A stretch of DNA of 64,000 nucleotides from a virus. Below the pieces are notes generated by a model. That model was not told the origin of the DNA. It saw nothing but the letters and a program-made list of their open reading frames with translations, and did not search any database. The stretch is from the IMG/VR virus record IMGVR_UViG_3300023301_000006, positions 1-64,000 of that record; one strand, given 5' to 3'. Position 1 is the stretch's first letter. Every line of letters starts with the position of its first letter. The position numbers and the translations under genes were made by a program. Positions 10,692 to 23,426 of the stretch are shown here, in pieces.

Positions 10692-11024
10692 TTATACTTT
10701 CCTTTCATATTCAATTATTTCTACTGTGTAGGGTTCAACATAATAGAATTCTGGGTTTGTAGACTGTCCCTCTTGCATTTCCGTTAAAGGTTCATCATAT
10801 TCCACTGCAACAAAGTAGTCATTTATCTTAAATATAGATTTTACTCTTGCATGCCATCTATGTTTTTCAACTTGTACGTCAACTATATACTCGAACTCTT
10901 CTGTACTGGCAAAATCCAACCTATCTAAGGTACTAAAAACAATATCTTCGAAATATGAATCATAGTCAGTAGTCGAGCTTTGTAATTCCTTAAGCAATGT
11001 TCTTTCCTGCTCTGGTGTATACAT
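10692..11024 (-). CDS. Hypothetical protein, paralog of 38825-39145
   Basis: Shared RW...SIF...LTExQ pattern. Confidence 0.65.
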   Translation of the reverse strand: MYTPEQERTLLKELQSSTTDYDSYFEDIVFSTLDRLDFASTEEFEYIVDVQVEKHRWHARVKSIFKINDYFVAVEYDEPLTEMQEGQSTNPEFYYVEPYTVEIIEYERKV

Positions 11025-11232
11025 TTTATCCTCCCCTTCATAAAAAAAATAGAAGTAAAAATACTCCTATTTAATTTTTATACCAATAGTTATTAAATAA
11101 ATTCACAGATTTATCTCTTAACAAATATGCAATAATCATTTCTGAAAACATTTTCCCCTCCTCCTTTTTTTAAAGAGAAGTCTTTTTATCTTCTAAAATA
11201 TATTGTATCACATATTACAATATCTGTCAAGT

Positions 11233-14200
11233 TTATCTTACAGGACAGTGACCACTTTCACATCCTGCTCCATCGTCTATCTCGAAGTCCGAACCATCTT
11301 CATAATCTGATAGTAACTCTTCGTCGAACTTTGGAAGTTCTTGAACCATATTCTTGTATTCGTCTTCAGTTATACTCTCGAAAGGAAGTAACTCATAAAA
11401 GCTATCATCTAATGATAAGAAAGATATTCCTACGAAACAATCCCAATTATCCCACAACCATTCCTCTACTAAGTCCCATTCATCTTTTCTAACATGGACA
11501 GTAATACTAGCATTATGGTCTACGAATTCTTCCATTAATAATTTGTACTCATCCAATTGTTCAATTGCACCTACGTCGTACTTAGTCCTACCCTTTGGAG
11601 CTTTAACAGGAAATTCAAATACTTTCGTAGAATGCTCTTCTCTAGTTTGTCCTACTTCTGGCTTCCATTCGAATCCGGAGTCTATCATAGACATCGCAAC
11701 AGGGTCTTTAGCTGATACTCTAACTCTTCTTATATAAAAAGGACTATGTGACCAATGAATACCCGAAGAAGCACTGTTAGGTAATATTGAAACTGTTCCT
11801 GCTGGTTGTGCTGTTGTTACTAATTCTGCTTTTGTTACATTATATTTCTTAGCTAATTCTTCATTCATGTTGTTTGCAACACTTCTCATGAATTTCAACA
11901 GCTTTTTCTTTTCATCTTGACTAATATTTCCTTTGTTTATAAAGTCTTGATATCCAGTCATTGAAACGCCAATTATTCTATCTTCTCTTGCAACATCATC
12001 CCACTCCAGTAAGTCCAACTCTTGTAGACTAATAATGAATGCTATATAAGTTGCCCATTCTACTGATTGCTCTAATTCATCATATAATATCCCTCCTGAT
12101 TCGTCTAAGAAAGATAACATGGATATAATGGTTAAATTACAATGTTGTTTCGATTTTAAAAGTATTTCCGCACCTTACCACACTTACTTTCATAAGCCAA
12201 CTTTAAGTTGTTGTAGTCTGGACTATACCATATTACATTTAAGTAATGAGATATTATAGTCTCTGAACATCCCCTATAAAATAAGGTTTTGATGCTGATT
12301 GTCCAATTCATACAATTTTTAACATTCGCGTTTATAGTTTCCTATTACGCTGTAGTTTGTATGACTCTAAGGAGTTTCCAGCAGTTTAATCTCTTTTAAA
12401 TCCACATGTTTGGTCTATGGATTAAGTCCTTCTGCGTCTGGTTTTCTTCTTTGAATCTCTTCTAGATTAGCTATTCCCACTTATATTAATCATAGACGCT
12501 ATTCATATGACCAGTCCTTAAAATGTAATAGGGACTGCTATATATTTCTATATAGGTTAGACTATATCATGACTCATTTGAGTCTCTTCCGCTTCGAATA
12601 CCAATAACTTGTATTCTACTCCTTTTCAGGATAGTCGTTGAACTTTAACAGTGTTGGAAGTTACATGTAACACTATTCTTAGCTGCTGATTGTCTTTGCC
12701 ATTACGCAGTAAGAGTTTCCAGCAATTCAAAAGATTTATAGAACCCAGTTTTTACTTTAGGCTCTCCAGAAACTTTCATAGTTTGAACATGCTCGTGTAA
12801 AGCCTCTCTTGCAGGTTTTTTCTTATACAGTACAGTGTTATTGCTCATTTGTCTATGTTTTATATCTGTGTCTATTTGCCATTTACCATTAACTTCTGTA
12901 TATAAGTTAGTCTTTGCATTTCTTGTTTCGTAATCGTCAGCAGACACTAAGGCAATTTCAGCTGCTCTCCTTACCATTTATATTCGAACATGTTCGTTAG
13001 GCATATCCCGTTCTCCTATGAACTGCTATATGTTGCCATATAGATTAGACTATATCTTCACTCTTATACATTTAAGCAAAAGAGGTTTCCTGTTTCCACT
13101 CACTTGAGTGTACGTCTTTCGACTAGTCGTTGCACCTTTTATAATTAATCTTCTTTTTATTTTTTTTACCAATCTTCCTTACAGAAGATTAATTATAACT
13201 TGGCTCAGAATTGTCTTAAGATACACTTAAGAGTTTCTCTGAATTTAAGAAATGTTTTTTTGTGTTGGAGGCATAAAATTTACCACCAACAACTATTGCT
13301 TCTGCTATTAAGCCATTAATATCTAACATATCAATAGGCTTTAGCTTAACTCTATGTCTGGTTATCTTACCACCGTTAGAATTTTTAATAATTCTGTCTA
13401 TTCCACTAAAAGACTCTTTTAAAGGTATATGACCACTTGCTGTGCCACCAAATGTCTTTAGGACCTCTCCCGCAGGACGAACATTATCATAGTTGAATAA
13501 GATAGTTTTTATTAAACCATCACTTGAACTAGCTTTGTAGTTGACTAAAAACTCTAAATAAATCTTTAATGATTCAGTCCAACCTCTTTTAGAATCTCCA
13601 ACTACAATCTCTAGTATAGAATTATTACTTAATGTCGTTGTTGTTAACTCTTGTCTAGCTAGTCTTGGAACAGGCTGATAGTCCTTGTGAATTATTTCTA
13701 TGTCTTGTCTTACTGGTTGTATCTTTTCAACGTCTTCTTTCAGTATTCTATATCCGACACCACTACCCAACATTAATAAGTACATTGCGTCAACTAGGTT
13801 AAATATATCGTCCATTGTGACATAACTACAATTAAAAGCACTTTGGAAATTTCTTTTAATGGATTCTGTCCCACCCGTATATCTGATTCTGCCAGAAGAA
13901 AATACTTTGAAATTGTACATCAAGTCAAATAATTCTTCTGCTTTCTCAGAGTCACCTTTGGGGTCTAACTCTATCATATAGTCCACAACTCTTGCGTTCA
14001 TTTCCAACCAAGTTTCTCGTCTATTTATGCCTTTAATAAATCTAGAGTATGTTCTATAGAAAGTAAATTTTGATAACTCTGAGTCAAATGGATTTGGGTC
14101 TCTAGCATAATCTCTTAAAAACTCTTTGTTCAAATATTTAAATTTCTTGTAAGGGTGCCACCTCTCCCTTATCTGTTTGTGCTTTTCTCTATATAATATA

Positions 14201-14457
14201 AAAGCTTTTACTACTTTGCCTTGGTCTGCGTGTACTAATTCAGACTCAACCATATCCTGTACTTGTTCTATTGTGAAACTTTTACCCATAAAATCTTCAT
14301 GATGTTTAGCTTCTTCTTCTATAGTTCTTCCTATATCCGAACACAGCTTCATATCAAGTTCTACGTCTTTGACATCTGAAAAGGCTGAGGCTATAGCATT
14401 AATAACCTTGTCTTTCTGAAATTCTTCTTCACTTCCATCTCTTTTAATAATAAACAT
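11233..14457 (-). CDS. nrdJ: Class II (AdoCbl) ribonucleotide reductase with ATP cone; four exons 14457-13282, 12974-12759, 12477-12417, 12173-11233 (797 aa)
   Basis: Splicing restores VVGG|VRRAA, GEP|G, NP-C-AEI; also RTYSR, FNC, PAGT and C-terminal CESGHCPVR. Confidence 0.9.
12174..12416 (-). mobile_element. Group I intron (nrdJ intron 3, 243 nt) splitting the catalytic Cys codon
   Basis: P1 AATCCAT/GTGGATT, terminal G; T|GT restores NPCAEI. Confidence 0.85.
12478..12758 (-). mobile_element. Group I intron (nrdJ intron 2, 281 nt)
   Basis: P1 GAGCCT/GGGTTC, terminal G, P7 core; restores GEPG. Confidence 0.85.
12975..13281 (-). mobile_element. Group I intron (nrdJ intron 1, 307 nt, ORF-less)
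   Basis: Exon ends in U pairing U-G in P1 (GTTGGTGGT/GCCTCCAAC), terminal G, GACTA/ATAGTC P7 core. Confidence 0.85.
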
Positions 14458-14523
14458 ATATCACTCCTTTATTCTTTTACCGTGTAAACTCTATTATACC
14501 ATAGATTTTTATTGTTGTCAAGT

Positions 14524-15048
14524 TTACGCGAAAAGACTTTCCATTACCATATCTATCTTTTGATATAATTCTTCTTTTGTTGTGTCATTAGATATGTCAA
14601 TCATTTCTTTGTTTTCCGCTCCTCTTTCTGATTCATGGTCAAATCTATTTATATCGCATGAACCATCTCTGTTTTTTACTCTTTGTTCTGCTAAGTCTAA
14701 TGAAGCAGAAATTCTAATAGGTAAAAAGTTATTTTTTAATCCCCAAAGATATTCATTCTCTTGTCTTAAGTCTGATATAACTAACTTATCTGTTCCTACT
14801 AATTTTTCTATATCTTTTATCTTTCTCTCCATTTCATTTATCCAAACATCTTGGTCTAAAGAACGAAATCCCTCTCCTATAGATTGTAACAATACCCTAT
14901 CTTTATCTTTCATATCGAAGTACTGATTAGCTATCGTATAAATAGCTCCAGCAAAAGAAACTTTGGTATATCCATACTTATTAACTAAATAGTCTGCTAC
15001 TGTATCTTTACCACATCCTGGGCTAGGTGAACTTAACATTATTTTCAT
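14524..15048 (-). CDS. Deoxynucleoside monophosphate kinase
   Basis: PGCGKDT, SFA, RxLLQ, ISDLR, HESE. Confidence 0.8.
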   Translation of the reverse strand: MKIMLSSPSPGCGKDTVADYLVNKYGYTKVSFAGAIYTIANQYFDMKDKDRVLLQSIGEGFRSLDQDVWINEMERKIKDIEKLVGTDKLVISDLRQENEYLWGLKNNFLPIRISASLDLAEQRVKNRDGSCDINRFDHESERGAENKEMIDISNDTTKEELYQKIDMVMESLFA

Positions 15049-15051
15049 ACT

Positions 15052-15537
15052 TTACTCTCCTATCCTTTTTAAATCATCAATCTGATAAGCCTCGTCATCT
15101 CCTTCTACATATACTAAGTTGCCAAGTCTAGCAAAAACTTTTAAAACCGTATTTGCCGAATACTTTTCCGTACTCTCTCTAAAAACAACAGAGTCTCCTA
15201 TATTTATTCTCATATGGCTCCCCCTCTCACTTTTCATCAACTCAATGAATGAGAAACTTCCGATGCTACTTCTTTCATAAGTTTTTACAAAAGATGCTAT
15301 AAAAGCTTTACTAACTTTCTTAATTTCTACCGCACTTGGCGGAACGTCTATTATAAATTCTTTGTTCGAAGAAAGTAGACTTAGTGCAAATGTTAAGTTC
15401 AATTCGTTGTCTCCAAAATCAAAGAAATCATCCACTTCCTTCTTTTCTTCTTCTGTTATTAATTCAGTGCAGAAAAAATTGACTTTCTTTCCACATAGAA
15501 TTTCTAATTCAAATGTTAATAAATTACTATAATTCAT
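15052..15537 (-). CDS. Hypothetical protein
   Basis: AGGAGG RBS and own promoter place start at 15537; possible second in-frame start at MRINIG. Confidence 0.6.
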   Translation of the reverse strand: MNYSNLLTFELEILCGKKVNFFCTELITEEEKKEVDDFFDFGDNELNLTFALSLLSSNKEFIIDVPPSAVEIKKVSKAFIASFVKTYERSSIGSFSFIELMKSERGSHMRINIGDSVVFRESTEKYSANTVLKVFARLGNLVYVEGDDEAYQIDDLKRIGE

Positions 15538-15619
15538 ATATTTCCTCCTATTTGTATTTTCTATCCTAATTATATTATACCATTTAAGTAAAAGAAAGTC
15601 AAGGTTTTTCTTACAAAAG

Positions 15620-18600
15620 TTAACTATGTTTCTCACTTCTCATTTCTAATTTTCCATCGTCTGTTATTTTTTCAATTAAGTAAACTAAACTTTGCTTTGT
15701 CCTGGAATAATCTTTCCCCCTAAAAGTGGTTTCGCTCGACCTATATCCAGTAATCATAATTTTGTTGCCCCTACTAAAAAAACTACTATCTATAATAGAG
15801 CTATTCTTTTTGACTTGTCTATCGTAGTACGCAAAATCAGAACCTTTAAACTTTACAGTAACGACTCCACTCCTAGTTAATATTTGAGTCATATGTTTAT
15901 TCTTATTTCTGCTAAGGCAAGTTCCAATTATCGTTGATAAGTGAAATACTGGGTACTTGTCTTTCCAATAAAACTTCACAGGTTTTATTTTTAAGTCTTT
16001 AAATTTATCCACGAATGGATAATATTCATAGTCTATATAGTCTAATTCATTGTCTGTGGCATAATAGGATATAGAATCCATTTCCCATTTACCTATTGTT
16101 CCTTCAGTATAGTGGGACGCTTCTTCCACTATTATGATTTTATTGTACTCTTTTAAAAGTTCTTTTTCATTCTCTTTAATAAATTTTCTTAACTTATCTG
16201 CATCTTTCTCATAAGTAGACTCGAAAACTGATGACTCTACTAAATATTTGTCTTTCTTGTAAACAACTTTTAACTCTGGGTGTTCTACATTTAAAAATTC
16301 AATCATCATTTCTTGTAATGGAAAATATTTTTTGTCATCTACCTTTATTTCTTCGTTTGAACGTAGTATTTTTCTTAAGTACCACATTATTGAGCTATTC
16401 TTAACTTTTGTATTACTAAAAAATTTAGCATCAAATAGTCCAGCCATATTCCTTAAAGACAAGGAAGTTTTTACCTTTGCTTTTCCAGCAATATAATCCA
16501 TTAATAATTCTCTTCTGTCTTTTTCTTCAATGTTCCTGAAGGCATTTGACTTAATCAAGGATATATTTTTCCTCTTTGACGGTTTTATTCTTTTATAAAA
16601 GTCTCCATAGCTAGTGTATGGTCTACTCTCTACTATTTCAGTAACAAGGTCATCACCAACGTAAGACATTCCTTTTAGTCCGAATAATATAACTCCTCCA
16701 TCAAAGTCTGGGGTAAATACATATCCAGATTTATTGATGTCTGGAGGTGCTATTGTTATTCCAACTTGCTCCATATTACTAATTGCCACAGCTACTTTAC
16801 CATAGTTAGAAGATGTGTTCTTATCTCCATCTTGGTCTATTGCACCACTTTCAACTGTTAAACAAGCTGAATTCCAAGCTAAGTCATTATACTCATATGT
16901 TAAGTTTAAAATTTGCAAAGCTATCATAGAATAAGGTAAGGTATGATTCCGACTAAAACTATCATGTTGTTCCCACATTTTTGTGGGCATGGACTAACTC
17001 TTTAAAGTTTAATATCTCTCTAATAAGGTATTAAACTTTATCCACTGTTTGGAGAATAGGAATTTCACCTAAACTCTACTTCCCTTGCGGGAATAGTCTC
17101 TACACTCGCTTTCGCTAGCACGGGATTGTCATATCCATAAATGGACTTAGATTTCCCCGTTAGCACTAAATTAATAGTACACCCTATATTTATAGGTTAA
17201 GTGGAATGGGCAATTTTATTTACCCAAGTTGAGGAACTACACAATGATGCCATACGTAATTTATTATTTCCTCTCTTGCTCCAGTTCTTTCCTTCGCTTT
17301 ATCGAAGTAATCTTCTTTTAACTTATCTATTAATTTAGCTTTCTTCTTTGCTATGGCTTTTCTAGCCTTATGTGCCTCTACAACAGTAAAGCCAGATATG
17401 GATTCGTCCATTAGGATTTCCATAATGTCTTCTTGTGTAGCCGCAATGCCGTAACTTTTATCTAAGTGTTTCTTCATTGTCATTATCTCATCTTCGTTTA
17501 AGCCTTGTAGGTGCATTTCTTCATACCAAAGACTTATATCCTTTCTAAACTTAATAAACTTATCTAATGGTTGAATACTTCCTCCACTAGATGATAATCT
17601 CATTAATGAGTTTGCTGTTGCCATCTCCACCAATGAATGAGGTGCTACTTCTCTTATGGCTTTAGAACCCACCATTGTATCAAATTGGAATAGAGAAACA
17701 ATTTCACCTTTCGCAGCTTTGTCCCACATTTCTAAGTTGTCATACTCAAGGACAGCAGGAGATAAATACTTATCATAAGTCTCCCTTAGTGTTTCTTGTC
17801 TTTCCATCGCACCGTTGGTGATTAAATGATTCATAGTTATTCTAATTTTATCTAGAATCTTTACAGTTAAGAAGTCAAATTTGACTCCTCCCATATACAT
17901 CTTTATCCTATGTTTCCACAGGGACGGACTATTTCATGTTCTATTTTAAAATAGAACTCTTGCACTTCGACTGGGACAATATCCAGTCTACGCCTCTCGG
18001 CTAGTCTCTACATCTTTCTCTTGCTTCAATAATAGTTTTTATAAAGTTCTGAGGTTTTAAAAGCCCTATAAAGTTGGGAATGCCCCTTTAAATTTAAGTC
18101 TCTTAGGACTAAAGTTACTGAGTCATATACCTCAACTAGATTCCAATTGATATCATATTTGTAAACTTTTTTAGAACTTGTTGCACCGACATCAACTTTA
18201 CCAATATTAGAACCAACAACTCCTTTTTTAGATTCACTTATTTTTTATTGTTATTTACACTATTATTAAAACTTAAGACTTGACACGAGATTGCCATATT
18301 GCCGAAGCAACTTAGGTTTCCTCGTTAGCTTAACCCCTTTAATAAGGATTAAACACCCTTTTTGTCGTAAGGTTCACAAAATTTACTATAACTCTCACAA
18401 GTTATAGGGACTATATAATTAATCCGAATCTGACATGTCAAACTGAGTTGTAGGAACATCACTCGGAGACATCATCAAAGCATTCCTTTTATAATAAGGT
18501 TCATTATATATATAGATACCAGAGGCATGTATGCTTCTCTTGTCTATAATTCCCTCGAATGCTAATATCGTCTCCTGTAATTTTTTATCTTCATATTCTT

Positions 18601-20233
18601 CCAACTTAGACAAAAACTCTTGTTGAACTCCTCTTTCCTTTTCTCTATTGCCGAATATAACGTCTGCCAATGGTCAGTTAGCACCCCTCTCTTCTGGAAC
18701 CAATCCAGTTAAATATAATGCTTCTGACTCCTCGATACCTAAACCACGACAAGCAGATGTTATACTACTCCTAGAGCCAATTGTTCCAAAGGTGGCTATG
18801 TTTAATACTCTATCTTCTCCAAACTCTACATTTAAAGCCTTAAGTATTTGACCTCTCTGTGACTTTTGTGAGTCCAAGTCAATGTCCATAATGTCTGGTC
18901 TGTCTTTGTGGAGAAACCTCCACCAAGGAATGTCCCATTTTAAAGGGTTTATTTGTATTATGTCTATCAAGTAATTTATTAATAATCCTGTTGCTGAACC
19001 CCTTGAAGGTCCTACAAGACTGTCTCCCTCTTCCCACATTATTTCAACTAATCTCTTTGTTGTCAATAAATAATTAGCCATATTCTTACCAATTCTCTCA
19101 CTCGTTCCTAGTATATGTTCTAATTCTACATCCACTCTTTGTAGTACTTCTTCTGTTGGTTCAATATCTTTTTTACTCTTTATTCCTCTTAACGTATGAT
19201 AAATTAGAGCCTTATCATATCTGTCCTGGCTATTTAAGTATCTAGTAATATATTTGTACCCCTTAAACATTTCTTTTGTCTTAGAGTCAAATTCATGGTC
19301 CTCAACTGGAACTTTGGTTATATCCACTGATTGAGCCAGACTAATATTCTGACATTGCTCTCCTATAATCAATGTATTTCTAAAGCATTCGTCTATTTCT
19401 TCTTCTGGAATGTGATTGTGCATTATTTCCTTTATTTCTTTTTCTGACATCATATAGGTAAAACCATAAAAGGCATCGACCTCTCTCTCTCCTTCTTGAG
19501 ATTGTAAAAAAGCTCTGTGAATACTTCTATCTTCTTTTGACAGATAATGGGAGTCAGTAGTTATTATACTCTTAATGTCTTTCGAATCCCCTATTGATTT
19601 TATCATTCTATTCACCATAGTTTGTTCTTCTGATGTTGATGGTTGTAATTCAAAAAAGAAGTTGTCTTTCTCAAAAGCATTGATACACCATTCGATAAAC
19701 TTCTTAATCCTATCTTGAGCTACTGATTTTTCTATCTCACCATTATACATCCCCATTAAAGTATTAGGCAGAAAACCACCTAAACAAGCTGTTGTAGCCA
19801 TTAAGTGACCTCTGTTTGTACTAATAATTTCTTCTATTTGGGAATAAGTTATTGGAACTCTTCTCATTCCTCTATCATAGTAAGAATTGGTCCAAGCTTG
19901 AGACGATATCTTTTTTAATTGCTCATAACCGATTTCATCTTTCGCTATTAATATAAAATGATAATACTGTTGATTGTTCCCTAGTGAATCTACTAAATAT
20001 ATTTCGTCTCCAAAAGCCACAGTAAAGTTTTCATCTATAACTCCTTCTTCTACTAATTTGGTTCTATATTTGTCTGCTTTCACATGTGAGCTTAATACCT
20101 CATGGTCTGTTATTGCTAAACCACTTAATCCTAGCTCTATTGCCCTATCTATTAAGTCTGTAACTTTATTTGTAGAGTCTGCTAGTCTTAAGTTAGAATA
20201 ATCTGTATGATTGTGTGAAGAAAAATAATTCAC
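15620..20233 (-). CDS. dnaE: DNA polymerase III alpha subunit; exons 20233-18422, 17897-17222, 16962-15620; one TGA=Trp
   Basis: PHP domain HNHTDYS/TDH/TTDSH, SRGSA, DIDLD, HASG, KFDFL, G|YSFSRNH; TGA at 18674-18676 in RGAN-W-PL. Confidence 0.92.
16963..17221 (-). mobile_element. Group I intron (dnaE intron 2, 259 nt)
   Basis: P1 GGGT/GCCC, terminal G, T|AT restores GYSFS. Confidence 0.85.
17898..18421 (-). mobile_element. Group I intron (dnaE intron 1, 524 nt) with endonuclease remnant
   Basis: P1 GGAT/GTCC, terminal G, restores DSD|YMGGVKFD. Confidence 0.85.
18008..18244 (-). pseudogene. 3' remnant of intron homing endonuclease (NUMOD-type DNA-binding tail)
   Basis: KISESKKG...KKVYKYDINWNLVEVYDSV...YKNYY(TGA=W); no start codon or catalytic domain. 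Confidence 0.65.
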
Positions 20234-20313
20234 TTATACCTCCTTTTCTTTTTTTTCTTATCTTATATATACATTATACCATTATTTTATAATTTTTACA
20301 ATATCTTTTTTTC

Positions 20314-22056
20314 TTAAAAAACGAAAGAACTACTTGCTTTTATCTCACACTCATCTACGATAATTTGAGGGACAACCTTACCATTTCACTCATTCGTGTT
20401 CGGCTTACCTATTAAACTAATTTCAAGGGAGTTACCATTTGGTATATTTGCAATTATTTCCTCTGCTCTAAACATTATATACTCAACACCATTAAAAATA
20501 ATCTTTATAATATTAGATTTCTTTCCGATTAGTTGTAGCTCTGATGCGTCTATTTTAATATTAGATACCATAATCTTAGGCTCTCTCAATCTAGTTCCCC
20601 AAAGGTGTTTCATATCATTTAATTTAAAGATGTACTCGCTACTTACTTCAGTGGAGTCCATTAAGAAGTCTATGCTAAATACTTTTTCAAAATCATAGTC
20701 TTTTAATAGGTTGTTACTTAGCTCTATTAATGGTTTTATATTTTCTGGTTTTATACAAGTTCCGAAAGCTGCTTGATGACCTTCTGCGTATTCTACTAAA
20801 CCAGTATTGTTTAAGTACTTCTTAAATTCATTTAGTTTTGTTCCAGAGGGGCATCTACCACTACCATAAAATAAACCGTCTTCTTCATTCTTTAAAAGTA
20901 TTAAAGTTGGTCTATTATACTTGTCTTGTATTTTATTGGCAACTAGTCCAGTCATAGACCGCTCAATTATATTAGTCGCATTTAAGATTATAACTTTATT
21001 TCCTAATTGGTCTTTCTCAACTAACTGTGTTAATTTTTTCATACCATTAGTTTCTGCCTTCTTTTGTCTTATCTTAATATTACCTGCCATTCTAGCCATT
21101 TCCTTTTCAATGAATACTAGTTGTCCTTTGTTGTTTCTACCAGAACCTATTACCTTACTACCGTCTAGTATAAATGCTTTAAACATCATAATCTTCTCTT
21201 GCATATTTCCAAGTCTAATGACAGCATTTATCAATGGAGCTATATAGAACATTATGTCTATTGGATAAACATTGTCACCCAAAGAGTAGCTCTTTTTCTT
21301 TATTAATGCCTTGATGAATAAGTTTCCTTCAATATCATCATTCATTAATTTTACGCCTCTTCTGACTATTACAATATTATCTCTCAACCTCATGTCCATA
21401 TTATCTGAGGCTATCCCTAATGCTGCTAAATCTACTAACTGTTCTGAGAAATTAATACTATTTACATCATCTAGTGCTTGACAAAATTTAAACGCAACTC
21501 CAGCTCCACTTAAGAATTTATTGTTGTAGTCTGGAGATAATTGGTTGTTAACCACCATTGCATATTCAGATTCTTTACTTGCTTCATGGTGGTCTAGTAC
21601 AATAATACTTGTACCAGCGTCTGAGAGTTCTTTATGCTTTTTATATTGACTACTACCCGCATCTGGAATTATTACTAAGTCATATTCTTTCATCTTTTCA
21701 AGCTCTTCTCCATCTGGTAGTCCTACTTCTTTGTTTTCGTGTATAAAAAAGTCCATATCAGTAAGATTATAAACCTTATATAAATACTTTCATATGATAG
21801 ATGCTGAGGTATAACCATCAACGTCACTATCTACTACTATCATTACTTTTTTGTCACCTTGGCTAAGTTGTTCATCTAAGAACACAGATGTCTCTTTAAG
21901 ATTCTTTAACCTATACTTATCTTCTTCGTAATCTACGCTTGTGTCTTCTCTACTTAAAAATATGTTAATATCATCTGGACTTACTCCTCTTTTTAAAAGT
22001 AAATCCTCTTGAATAGAACTAGAAAGTCCTACTAAATTGTCTAATGAAAATTGCAT
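20314..22056 (-). CDS. recJ: RecJ-like DHH ssDNA exonuclease; two TGA=Trp
   Basis: DSDVDG, LDHH, GSGR, GHQAAFG, NE-W-NG; TGA at 21790-21792 and 20386-20388. Confidence 0.88.
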
Positions 22057-22080
22057 TTAATCACCCTTCTTTTTTTTAAT

Positions 22081-22290
22081 TTAACATTGGAAAAATTCCA
22101 ATGGATATATTCAGTCAATACTTTCTTCTGGAATGTTGAATTCTAACCCTTGTGCTTCGTAAACATTTTGCCCAGTAAATAGGTAGTCTTCCGCAACACC
22201 TACTCACACAAAATGGAAGCTTTTACCATCCATTTCTACCATAGATTTAGATAGCCCTTTAGTGATTTTTGGTCTATAAATTCCCTTCAT
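22081..22290 (-). CDS. Hypothetical protein, 69 aa; two TGA=Trp
   Basis: AGGAG RBS, fills the primase-recJ gap only if TGA 22204 and 22111 are sense codons. Confidence 0.65.
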
Positions 22291-22301
22291 ATTATCAGCT
22301 C

Positions 22302-23411
22302 CTACATTCTAATTTTTTTATGATATATTTTTTCGAAGACTTCTTTGCCCTGGTCTATTGGAGATTGCTTTCTCCTTAATAATTCATGCTCATCAACCAT
22401 TATAAAGACAGTAAAGTAAGGCTTTAAAAACTCTGCTAGTTTAAGCATGTTCTCAAAACATTCAACTCCTTCATCTGAGTAAAAATCTGTGTAATCTTTG
22501 TCTAAAGCCAAAACAACTCTATCTACATCTAAATGTAATAGCAATTTCACTTGTTGACTACTTATCTTTTTTCCAGCCATGGCTAAAGTAAAGTTGTTAT
22601 TCGGATAAATCGTTTCTGCTTTTAGAACACTTTTTTCTGATTCAAAAATTACTACTTGTCTTAAATTACGTATTACTTTTTTATTCCTGTATATACCATA
22701 AAAGTTCATGGAGGTAGGATGTGAAAAAATCTTCTTTTGTATCGTCATAGGCATGTATTTATATCCATCATTGATTTCACTTTTTCTAAGTGCTCTACCT
22801 CTTATTCCTATCAGATTATTATTTATATCGTAGTGGGGAATAACTACCCTGTTATCTGTTATTGAATATTTTATATTAAACTTCTTCATTGAGTCTATAG
22901 ATATTCCCTCTTGGATTCATCCTTTATAGAAAGCATCTTTATAAAAATTTATTGTGTAACTGGGTATCTTTTTAATTACCTGTATCTCTTCTTTACCATC
23001 TTCCATTGCTCTTTTGTATTCATCTATAAAATCTCATGTAAACTGTGTGTCTCTTTCTCTCTCTGTTTCTGTTTCTATACCAAAACCTAAGTTTATAGTT
23101 GTATGGTTTACAACGTATTCTATAGATTCTTCTAAACTTATCTTGTATCCTCTATACCACATTGTATCCTGTACTAACCCATATATATCATACGCATCTT
23201 GACCTCCTGTATAACATTTAAAAATCCCAGTTTCGAGATAATAATATAATTTATAACTCATCTTATCGTCTGGGTGGTGGTGGCACACTGTTTGGAAGAC
23301 AAGGCTATCTTTCCTTCTTTGAGGATAACTACTACCTAAGGACATTAAAACATCAATGATGTCATCCTCAGTTAGCTTGTCTCTTATGTCTTCTTTCATT
23401 TCAAAGAACAT
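22302..23411 (-). CDS. dnaG: DNA primase (Zn finger + TOPRIM); two TGA=Trp
   Basis: CHH...CYT Zn site, IPH, GIRGR, FESEKS, LDKD; TGA at 23034 and 22917. Confidence 0.82.
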
Positions 23412-23426
23412 TTAAGCACCTCCCAC

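Noticed and set aside
12702-13281. ORF-track ends such as KVKTGFYK... and KFYASNTK... as real C-termini
   Set aside because: They are read-through into intron sequence past the 5' splice sites.
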